Assembly: GCA_963770895.1 (NCBI GenBank)
Contig: CAVYRF010000002.1
Coordinates: 256,001 to 320,000, forward strand
Reading direction: 5' to 3'
Length of the DNA stretch: 64,000 nt
Source: an uncultured Acidobacteriota bacterium
Lineage (GTDB): Bacteria > Acidobacteriota > Thermoanaerobaculia > Multivoradales > UBA5704
A program made the position numbers and the translations under genes. Positions within the stretch are counted from its first letter, which is position 1, and every line of letters begins with the position of its first letter. Below are positions 43,915 through 51,441 of this stretch, piece by piece. The notes beneath the pieces were generated by a model, which was not told where the DNA came from, did not search any database, and saw only the letters and a list, made by a program, of their open reading frames with translations.

Positions 43915-45329
43915 CCAGGGCTCCTCTCGTTGCGACCAGAATCCGACGCGCCGGCCGTGGCCCGCACGCCGTCAGCGTCCGCAGGTACGCCACCAGCGCC
44001 ATCCGGGCCGCCGGCAGCCCCAGCCGGCTGGTCGTCATCGCCTGCCGCCGAACCGTCGGACCCGCCGAATGAAGACGCGCCACCTTCCCCCGGCTCGTCG
44101 GAGCCAGCTGCGTCGGAGCTGCCTGCCAAGTTCGCGGGATCGCCAGTCTGCACGTTTGGATACGCGACGGCTGGTACAGAGCCGGCCGCGTTTGACGGCG
44201 GCGCAACGCCGTCCGAGGCCGCATCCGAAGCCTCGGTCAGGTACTCCGCCAGCAACTCGGCAACCAGCCGCGGCAGCGGCGGCACCCACGACCGGGACTC
44301 AATTGGCGTCCCCTGCCGGTCGTCGCCGGACGCCGCCGCGGCGCTCAGCTCGCGGGCCAGGGGATCGAGCGCGGTCAGCACCGCCAGGTTGCCGTCGCGG
44401 ACCAGCGCCCCCACGTCGTGCGTCGTGGCATCCCAAAAGCGGGCGGCACGGAACAGCGACTGCGCCTGCTCCACCGGCCGCCCGACGCGCAGCCACAGAT
44501 CGCCGGCATACGCCAGCAGCCCGGCCACGCGCCGGTTCTCCGCGCGCAGCAGCGGCGGGCGGGGCAGCGGCCTGGCCACCAGCGGCGTCATGCCATGGCG
44601 GTGCGCAACGCGGGCAAAATCGCGCTCCGCCGGCGCCTGGCGGTGAAACAGCCCCTCGAACGCCTGCTCGTCGCGTCCCGCCGCCAGCAACCGCCGGTCG
44701 CCCGGCCCCAGCACCGGCGCCACCGCCTGCACGCACCGCACCCCCGCCGCCGCCAGCCGCCGGCAGCCCTCCTGCCACAGCGCCAGCTCGTCGGTGATCC
44801 CGGCCAGCAGCGGCCACACCGCCATCGCCCAAGCCGGCACCCGCTCCAAAACCCCCAGCTCACCCGCCAGCAGAGCCGGCAGCAGATCCACCACAAAGAC
44901 CGCCCCGGACATATCCAGGCCCGCACCACGGCCCACCGCCACACCAGACTCCGCGGTCCCACCACCCTCCGCGGTCATCCCAGAAGCCGCGGGGATACCC
45001 AGATCCTCACCACCGGCCAGCAGCTGCACCAGGACCGGCGTGCCGGCAGCGAGCAGCTGCGCGGCCAGCGCGTCGCGCTCCGCCGCCCGCCCGGCGGGAA
45101 CCGGCGGCAGGTAGACCAGGTCGTCGAAGCGAGCCGCGGTGCGCAGCGGCGCCGCTTGGCGCGAGCCGCGCCCCAGCCGCCCGGCAGCCAGGTCCAGCCA
45201 TGGCCCCGCAGGACCCGCCCAACCACGCGGCGCATACGCGATCCACAAATGCTCCGGCTCGGCCAGCTGGGAGCTGAATCGAAGGTCAGCCGCCGCGGCG
45301 GCGTCGGTGGCAGCGTGGTGATCCGGCAC
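43911..45329 (-). CDS. Hypothetical protein; possible degenerate radical-SAM-like barrel plus PolX-type 8-kDa helical domain and an acidic low-complexity tail
   Basis: GTG at 45329 after AGGA; stop overlaps the ltaE start. Contains VWPLLAGITD and ENRRVAGLL...FRAAR...DVGALVRDGNL. Domain assignment is by eye. Confidence 0.65.
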   Translation of the reverse strand: MPDHHAATDAAAAADLRFSSQLAEPEHLWIAYAPRGWAGPAGPWLDLAAGRLGRGSRQAAPLRTAARFDDLVYLPPVPAGRAAERDALAAQLLAAGTPVLVQLLAGGEDLGIPAASGMTAEGGGTAESGVAVGRGAGLDMSGAVFVVDLLPALLAGELGVLERVPAWAMAVWPLLAGITDELALWQEGCRRLAAAGVRCVQAVAPVLGPGDRRLLAAGRDEQAFEGLFHRQAPAERDFARVAHRHGMTPLVARPLPRPPLLRAENRRVAGLLAYAGDLWLRVGRPVEQAQSLFRAARFWDATTHDVGALVRDGNLAVLTALDPLARELSAAAASGDDRQGTPIESRSWVPPLPRLVAELLAEYLTEASDAASDGVAPPSNAAGSVPAVAYPNVQTGDPANLAGSSDAAGSDEPGEGGASSFGGSDGSAAGDDDQPAGAAGGPDGAGGVPADADGVRATAGASDSGRNERSPG

Positions 45330-45451
45330 GGTCAGATTCCTAGCGGCCTGTCCTGGAGAGTTCGACAGTGGATGGCGCCGCCATCCGGCGGCGCGGGCCG
45401 GGAGCGCCGCCGCAGGCATCGTCGAAACCTATGTCGAGGAAGCGGCAGGGC

Positions 45452-45565
45452 CTGTCGCCTGGCCCGGCACTCCCGGCAGGGAGGCCGGGGCTGTCGCCTG
45501 GCCCGGCACTCCCGGCAGGGAGGCCGGGGCTGTCGCCTGGCCCGGCACTCCCGGCAGGGAGCAAC
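45452..45565. repeat. Tandem 39-bp repeat (3 copies, last partial) with an internal hairpin; REP-like
   Basis: CTGTCGCCTGGCCCGGCACTCCCGGCAGGGAGGCCGGGG starts at 45452, 45491 and 45530; stem CCCGGC-A-CTCCC-ggca-GGGAG-GCCGGG. Confidence 0.92.
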
Positions 45566-45620
45566 GCCGCCAGGGGACCGGAGGGCAAGAGAATGACGCG
45601 CACAGAAACCGGGCGAGACA

Positions 45621-46283
45621 CTAGCCCGTACCGGCAAAATCCGCGGCGCCTGGCCTGCCCTCGGGAGGGGCCGGCGGCACCAGGCCGCGGGCGGCGAGCA
45701 TGCGCTGGACGTACTTGGCGAGCACGTCCACTTCCAGGTTGACGCGATCCCCGGGCACCCGGTCGCCCAGCGTGGTGATGGCCAGGGTGTGCGGGATGAG
45801 AGTCACCTCGAAGCGGTCGTCGCTCAGCGACGCCACCGTCAGGCTCACCCCGTCGACCGTCACCGACCCCTTTTCCACCAGGAACGGCGCCAGCGCCGCC
45901 GGCAGCGAAAAGGCCAGCAGGCGGTGCTCGGTCAGGTCGCGCCGGCCCACCACTTCCGCGGTGCCGTCCACATGCCCCTGCACCAGGTGGCCGCCCAGCG
46001 GATCGCCCGCCCGCAGCGCCGGCTCCAGGTTGACCGCGGCGCCGTCGCGCAGGGCGCCCAGCGTCGTGCGCGCCAGCGTTTCGGGCGCCAGCTCCACCAC
46101 GCCACGGTCTTCCATCAGCTCCACGATCGTCAGGCACACGCCCGACACCGCCAGGCTGGCGCCCAGGCTCAACCCCGCCGCCACCCGCGGCCCAAACCCC
46201 ACCGCCAGACGCACCCCGCCCTGCCCCGACGGCCGCGGATCGCCCAGGATGCGCCCCCGCTCTTCAATCAATCCGGTAAACAT
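45621..46283 (-). CDS. ribE: Riboflavin synthase (alpha chain)
   Basis: MFTGLIEE, GVCLT, GGHLVQGHVDG, KGSVTVDGVSLT, LIPHT and VNLEVD. Confidence 0.96.
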   Translation of the reverse strand: MFTGLIEERGRILGDPRPSGQGGVRLAVGFGPRVAAGLSLGASLAVSGVCLTIVELMEDRGVVELAPETLARTTLGALRDGAAVNLEPALRAGDPLGGHLVQGHVDGTAEVVGRRDLTEHRLLAFSLPAALAPFLVEKGSVTVDGVSLTVASLSDDRFEVTLIPHTLAITTLGDRVPGDRVNLEVDVLAKYVQRMLAARGLVPPAPPEGRPGAADFAGTG

Positions 46284-46384
46284 GGTTCCCCCAACCGCGG
46301 GCCACGCAGTTCTGACCGCCGAGGCCCAGCGCCACCGCGCCGCCGCGGCATCGGAAACCGCTGCCGAGCCACCTTGACCGGCGT

Positions 46385-46448
46385 CCGCAAGGTGCATGGC
46401 ATGGAATGCTTCTGCCCCGCAAGGTGCATGACATGGAATGCTTCTGCC
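46385..46448. repeat. 32-bp direct repeat, 2 copies with 1 mismatch
   Basis: CCGCAAGGTGCATG(G/A)CATGGAATGCTTCTGCC at 46385 and 46417, upstream of ribE. Confidence 0.9.
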
Positions 46449-46656
46449 GCGTCACCGCCCCAGCCTATCGACAAACCCCCATCCCGTCCACAGAACGCCT
46501 TGCGTGGCCGTGGGGTATTCGTTGTAGGCCCTGCGGCGGCCCGACGACCGGCATCCACTACGACCCCACGCCCATGGCCTTGTCCTGGGGATGTGGTTGG
46601 CGATGCCTCGACGAGCTCCCGGCTTCCTTGACGCCAGCCTGGCGGGCCCCAACTCC

Positions 46657-46833
46657 TCAGCAGGGAGTGCTATTGAACAAGCACAGCCCACCGTGATTGG
46701 CGCAGCAATGGAAACCCGGAGGGCAGGGGTTGCAGCTTCGCGCCGGGGCCGACTTGGGCGGGCGAGCGGCGGCGGACGCAGCACCAGCCAAGACCAAGGT
46801 GAGAACGAGGAAACGCAGTACCGTTTGGCGCAT
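46657..46833 (-). CDS. Small secreted six-cysteine peptide (58 aa)
   Basis: MRQTVLRFLVLTLVLAGAASAAARPPKSAPARSCNPCPPGFHCCANHGGLCLFNSTPC; Sec-type signal peptide and RBS AGAGAGG. It is the 3' end of track ORF 46657..47235. Confidence 0.72.
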   Translation of the reverse strand: MRQTVLRFLVLTLVLAGAASAAARPPKSAPARSCNPCPPGFHCCANHGGLCLFNSTPC

Positions 46834-47002
46834 GACGCACACCTCTCTGGGGCGTTTGACGAAATGCCCTCTCGAAGAGCCCGTGCGCCGCGTCCGGGGA
46901 ACCGAGACGAAGGGACCGGCTCCGGCCCCAGCCTGCCGCAGCCCGGAAAGCGGCAGCCGCCGTCGCGATGCTCCAGGGCGCGGGGCGGCTGCGGTCGGTT
47001 TG

Positions 47003-48283
47003 CTAGTGGACGTCCAGGCCGTTGAGCAGCCAGGCGGTGGCGGTGCCGGGGGAGGCGGACAGGTAGCCCACCACGGCGGTGTTCTGCGAAACGGCGACGA
47101 CGCCGCCGAAGCCCGCGCCGGGCAGGTTGGCGGCGGGGGTGAAGGCGCTGGTGGGGGTCCAGCTGTGGCGCAGGCGGGCGAAGGTGTAGACGGCGCCGGC
47201 CTTGGACGCGTCGCCGACGGTGGTCGCCGGGGCACCCACCACCAGGTCGCCGCCCGAAAGGGACAGGGCGCTGCCGAATGCGCCTGCCGCGGGGTCGGAG
47301 GGCACCACGTCCTGCTGGTGCACCCAGCTGCCGCCGGCGTGGATGTAGAGCGACACGCGCTGGTTTTCGGGGTCGCCGACGGCCAGCGTTTCGTTGGAGG
47401 CGGCGAGCGCGGCGCCGAAGGAGTTGGTGGTGCCGCCGCCTTCGAGCACCACGACGCGCGACCACGCGCCGCCCTTGCGCTGGAAGACTTCGACCAGGCC
47501 GGGGGCGCCTACCATGACCGCCTGGTGCGCCACCGCCACGGCCTGGCCGAACAGGTCCGTTGCCGTCGATTCGGGCCGCAGGACCGCTTGCAGGGCAAAG
47601 CCGCTGCTCTGGGTGTAGATCGAGGCCGTGCCGTCCGCCTCGCCCGAATCGCCCGGCGCCCCCACCACCAGAGTGTCGCCGGCGAGCGCCAGCGCCAGCC
47701 CAAAGCCCGGTCCGGCGGCGGCCGGCGGCTCCAGGGTGGCGGCCTGCTTCCAGGTCCCGCCGCTACGCGTGTAGACGTAGACCGCGCTGGCGTTGGTCGC
47801 GTCGGACCCCGCGCCGACGGCCAGGGTGTCGCCGGACAGCGCCATCACGCTGCCATAGAAGCTTTGCGGCTGGGACCCCAGCGGGCTCACAAGCCGCGCC
47901 TGCACCGCCCAGGCGCCGGCCGTCCTGACAAACACCCACACCGCCGGCACGCCGCGAAAGAACCCGGACACCGCCGCGGTGTCGCCCGAGATCGCCACCT
48001 GGTACCCATACGGCACCGGCAAACCCACCGGCTGCAACTCGCCGCTCGGCGCCCGCAACACCGGCGCTGCCGCCGCCGGCTCTTCCGCCGCCGCACCTTC
48101 CACGCCGCTCCCGCCAGCCGCGGCCGGGGAAGCAGCTGCCACCGGCCAGGTGGCGGCAGCTGCCGGACCAGGCGCCGCCAGGAATGATGCCGCCAGAACC
48201 ACCGCCATCAGCAACGCCGCTCCCACTTCCTTCCGCACAAGACTCGACAGCCGCCGCGAGGCGCGTGCAACCAGGGTTCGCAT
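47003..48283 (-). CDS. Secreted FG-GAP-repeat (integrin-alpha-like beta-propeller) protein
   Basis: Signal-like N-terminus; repeats YGYQVAISGDT, YGSVMALSGDTLAVGA, FGLALALAGDTLVVGAP and FGSALSLSGGDLVVGAP; RBS AAGGAG. Confidence 0.88.
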   Translation of the reverse strand: MRTLVARASRRLSSLVRKEVGAALLMAVVLAASFLAAPGPAAAATWPVAAASPAAAGGSGVEGAAAEEPAAAAPVLRAPSGELQPVGLPVPYGYQVAISGDTAAVSGFFRGVPAVWVFVRTAGAWAVQARLVSPLGSQPQSFYGSVMALSGDTLAVGAGSDATNASAVYVYTRSGGTWKQAATLEPPAAAGPGFGLALALAGDTLVVGAPGDSGEADGTASIYTQSSGFALQAVLRPESTATDLFGQAVAVAHQAVMVGAPGLVEVFQRKGGAWSRVVVLEGGGTTNSFGAALAASNETLAVGDPENQRVSLYIHAGGSWVHQQDVVPSDPAAGAFGSALSLSGGDLVVGAPATTVGDASKAGAVYTFARLRHSWTPTSAFTPAANLPGAGFGGVVAVSQNTAVVGYLSASPGTATAWLLNGLDVH

Positions 48284-48343
48284 GCAGATCTCCTTTCTGG
48301 AAAGACAGCCTGGGCCGAAACCGCAAGCCTAGATTGTCTCTGC

Positions 48344-48372
48344 ATGCTACCCATCGAAGCCTAGAATGTCAA
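48344..48372 (-). promoter_or_regulatory. Sigma70-type promoter of the FG-GAP gene, overlapped by direct repeats
   Basis: Minus-strand TTGACA (48372-48367), 17-bp spacer, TAGCAT (48349-48344). Confidence 0.7.
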
Positions 48373-48385
48373 TGCATGCGACCCC

Positions 48386-49729
48386 TCACCGCAACACCCG
48401 CTCCAGCAGCTGCTCCAGGCACCCCTGCCGCAAACCGGCAAGAATGAGGTCGCCGCCGCGCCGTTGGGCGTGGAGATGCTCCAGCCGCGGCGCGGCTCCG
48501 AGCGCCGGCGCGCCGGCGCCGCCCAGGGGACCGGGGGCGGTTGCGCCGCCGATCAGCAGCGGCGCGCAATCGACCGCCACCTGGTCGTACAGCCCGCTCG
48601 CCACGAAGCTGGCCAGCACCTCGGCGCCGCCCTCGACCAAAACGCTGCGCACGTCGCGCGCGTACAGGTCCGCCAGCACGGCGGCCGGCTCGACCGCCGG
48701 CAACGTCACCACGGTGGCGCCGCGCTCCTCCAGCTGCCGCCGTCCCGCGACGTCGCCAGCTTCCGTATAGATCAGGATCGGCCCGGGCACCGAGAACAGC
48801 CGCCAGTGGAACGCTCTCTGCGCCGGCGTTCGCGATGCATCTGCCGTCTGCGCTTGGGCGTCGGTCTGCAGCTGCTCCGCTGGCGGGCTGGCGGCGGCAG
48901 CCTGCGGCTTCTCGACGCCCTGAGTGCTGTTCGCGGTGGCGGGCCGCCTGTTCATCCCCGGCGCTACAGGAATGCTCGCCAGGCCCTCTGCCGGCGGCTC
49001 CGCCACAGTTTGATGGCTGACGCTGCCGGCCGCGGCGCCGCCGCCGGCCAGGCGCAGGCGGCGGTCCAGGACGACTCGGATACCGGGCTTGCCGGCGAAG
49101 CCCAGGCGGCGGTCCAGGCGCGGGTCGTCGGCCAGGACGGTGCCGCTGCCTACCAGGACGGCGTCGTGCTCTTCGCGCTGCGCCAGGGCCCAGCGGCGGC
49201 CGCGCGGCGAGGAGATCCATTGGCTTTGACCGCCGGCGGTGGCGATCTTGCCGTCCAGGCTCATGGCCCATTTGAGGGTGACCTGGGGACGGCCGGCGAT
49301 GGCGGCGACCAGGAAGCGCAGGTTGAGGCGCGCGGCCTGGGCGGCCAGGGTGCCGACCTCGACCGGGATGCCGGCGTCGCGCAGGCGCGCGAAGCCCTTG
49401 CCGGCGACGCGCGGGTCGGGGTCGCCGTGGCAGGCCACGACGCGGGCGATGCCGGCCGCCACCACCGCGTCGGCGCAGGGCGGCGTGCGGCCGTGGTGGG
49501 CGCAGGGCTCCAGGGTGACGTAGAGGGTGGCGCCGCGGGCGCGCTCGCCGGCGGCGGCCAACGCCGCGGCCTCGGCGTGCGGGCCGCCGACCTGGGCGTG
49601 CCAGCCGGCGCCGACGACCTCGGAACCGTGCGCCAGGACGGCCCCGACCATGGGGTTGGGCGCCGCGCGGTAGCGGCCGCGGGCGGCCAGGCGCAGCGCC
49701 TGGCGCAGGGCTTCAGCCGAGGAGAGCAG
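48386..49729 (-). CDS. ribD: Bifunctional riboflavin deaminase/reductase RibD (start probably the CTG at 49729; first ATG at 49651)
   Basis: PNPMVGAV, HAE, TLEPCAHHGRTPPC, KWAMSLDGKIA, GTVLADDPRL and VLVEGG. Conserved N-terminal ALRLAARG...PNP lies upstream of the first ATG. Confidence 0.93.
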   Translation of the reverse strand: MLSSAEALRQALRLAARGRYRAAPNPMVGAVLAHGSEVVGAGWHAQVGGPHAEAAALAAAGERARGATLYVTLEPCAHHGRTPPCADAVVAAGIARVVACHGDPDPRVAGKGFARLRDAGIPVEVGTLAAQAARLNLRFLVAAIAGRPQVTLKWAMSLDGKIATAGGQSQWISSPRGRRWALAQREEHDAVLVGSGTVLADDPRLDRRLGFAGKPGIRVVLDRRLRLAGGGAAAGSVSHQTVAEPPAEGLASIPVAPGMNRRPATANSTQGVEKPQAAAASPPAEQLQTDAQAQTADASRTPAQRAFHWRLFSVPGPILIYTEAGDVAGRRQLEERGATVVTLPAVEPAAVLADLYARDVRSVLVEGGAEVLASFVASGLYDQVAVDCAPLLIGGATAPGPLGGAGAPALGAAPRLEHLHAQRRGGDLILAGLRQGCLEQLLERVLR

Positions 49730-50780
49730 AGGCGAACTCCCGGGCGCGGAACTCCACCAGGTCGTCGGCCCCTTCGCCGACGCCCAGGTAGAGGACCGGC
49801 AGGCGCAGCTCGCGGGTCACCGCCACCGCCATGCCGCCCTTGGCCGTGCCGTCGAGCTTGGCGAGCAGCACGCCGTCGACCGGCACCACCTGGCTGAAGG
49901 TGCGGGCCTGCGCCAGGGCGTTCTGCCCGGTGGTGGCGTCGAGCACCAGCAGGGTGCGCCGCGTAAAATCCGCCCCCTCGCGGTCGATCACCCGCCGGAT
50001 CTTGCTGAGCTCGGCCATCAGGTGATCCTTGGTGTGCAGCCGGCCTGCGGTGTCGACCAGCAGCTGGTCGATCTTGCGCGCCCGCGCCGCCTGGATGGCG
50101 TCGAACACCACCGCCGCCGGATCGGCGCCGAACGGCTGGCGGATGACGTCGATCCCCAGGCGCTGCCCCCACAGCGCCAGCTGCTCGACCGCGGCGGCGC
50201 GGAAGGTGTCTCCCGCAGCGAGCATCACGCGCTGCCCCCCCCGCTGGTACAGCCGCGCCAGCTTGGCGATCGAGGTGGTCTTGCCGACGCCGTTGACCCC
50301 CACCACCAGGGTCAGCTGCGGCCCACCGCGCCGCCCCGCCGACGCCGCCGCCACCACAGCGGCACCCAACCCGGCACCGCCGGCGCCGGCCACCCCGCCG
50401 CCCCCCGGCCGCACGGGACCGCGCACCTCTTCGAGCAGCCCGGCCATCTCGTCGGCGAGCAGCTTGCGCAGCCGCGCCGGGCTCGCCGCCTGCTCGCGCG
50501 TGGCGTTGCGCTTCACGCGCTCGACCAGCGCCATCGACGTTTCGACGCCCAGGTCGGCGGCGATGAGGATCTCTTCGAGGTATTCGAGCGTCGCGTCGTC
50601 CAGCTCCGCCCGCCCTTCCAGGGTGGCGCTCATCTTGGAGATGAGCTCGGTGTGGGTCATCGTCAGCCCACGCTTGAGCTTCTGCCAGAAGCCCTGCTGC
50701 TCTTCCTCTTCCGGCGCCCGCAGCTCGGGCGCCAGCTCCAGGATCTCGCTCTGCTTCTTGTCGTCTGCCATGTCGCTCAT
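49713..50780 (-). CDS. ftsY: Signal recognition particle receptor FtsY
   Basis: GVNGVGKTT, DTFRAAA, DTAGRLH, DATTGQN and KLDGTAKGG. Confidence 0.96.
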   Translation of the reverse strand: MSDMADDKKQSEILELAPELRAPEEEEQQGFWQKLKRGLTMTHTELISKMSATLEGRAELDDATLEYLEEILIAADLGVETSMALVERVKRNATREQAASPARLRKLLADEMAGLLEEVRGPVRPGGGGVAGAGGAGLGAAVVAAASAGRRGGPQLTLVVGVNGVGKTTSIAKLARLYQRGGQRVMLAAGDTFRAAAVEQLALWGQRLGIDVIRQPFGADPAAVVFDAIQAARARKIDQLLVDTAGRLHTKDHLMAELSKIRRVIDREGADFTRRTLLVLDATTGQNALAQARTFSQVVPVDGVLLAKLDGTAKGGMAVAVTRELRLPVLYLGVGEGADDLVEFRAREFASALLG

Positions 50781-50910
50781 CCCTGCCGGCTCAACCAGCT
50801 AGTGCCCCACACCAGGGTCGTCGTCTCCCGTCGTTGCCTTTCTTATCCGGTCGCCGCCCATCGTTTCCGATCGCACCCTGCCGCCCGGTCGGCCTGTCGC
50901 GTCCCGCCGC

Positions 50911-51306
50911 TCAGATAGCCGACCCCGGGCGCGCCGGTCCGGCGTCGGGGAACAGCTCCCGGCTGAGCTGCCGCACCGCCTCTTCGAGGCTGGCCCGCGC
51001 CCGCGCCACCAGCGCCGGCTGGCGCTGCACCATCGCCAGGTAGTAGCCGTCGGGCAGCGGCACCGCGTAGATGTGCACGGCGCTCTTTTCGATGTGCACC
51101 AGGTGCGGTTCGCCCAGGTGATTGTGGGCGAACACCTTTTCGAGCTGCCGCAGGTAGATGCCCAGATAGGCGCCCAGCACGCGCATCTCGTAGGGGGCGA
51201 GCCCGCTCGAGGCCAGGTCCACGGTCTCGCCGCCGGCGTCCAGGAACAACACCCCCAGGCAATCGTCGTTGTTGGCGATCAGGTTGGCGAGCACGTATTG
51301 GAACAT
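50911..51306 (-). CDS. Roadblock/LC7 (MglB-like) domain protein
   Basis: 131 aa with the roadblock-like pattern MF..VL..L......GVLFLD..GETVD and C-terminal beta strands plus a helix. Confidence 0.65.
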   Translation of the reverse strand: MFQYVLANLIANNDDCLGVLFLDAGGETVDLASSGLAPYEMRVLGAYLGIYLRQLEKVFAHNHLGEPHLVHIEKSAVHIYAVPLPDGYYLAMVQRQPALVARARASLEEAVRQLSRELFPDAGPARPGSAI

Positions 51307-51441
51307 GGTCGGTGGGGGTGCCTTTCAGGTTGCTGGCAACGGCGGCCGGCGGTGGAACGATCTGCCCGTTGTGCCTGGCGCCTGACGCGTCGATCGCAGG
51401 GGCACCGCTCTCCGGGTCGCCGGGTCGCCGCGTCGCCGGGG

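Noticed and set aside
45452-45565. Possible mini CRISPR array
   Set aside because: The units are contiguous with no unique spacers, and no cas genes are in the window.
46284-46656. FMN riboswitch upstream of ribE
   Set aside because: The conserved RFN segments (AGGGCGGGG.GAAATTCCC.ACCGGCGGT, AGTCCGGATG) were not found.
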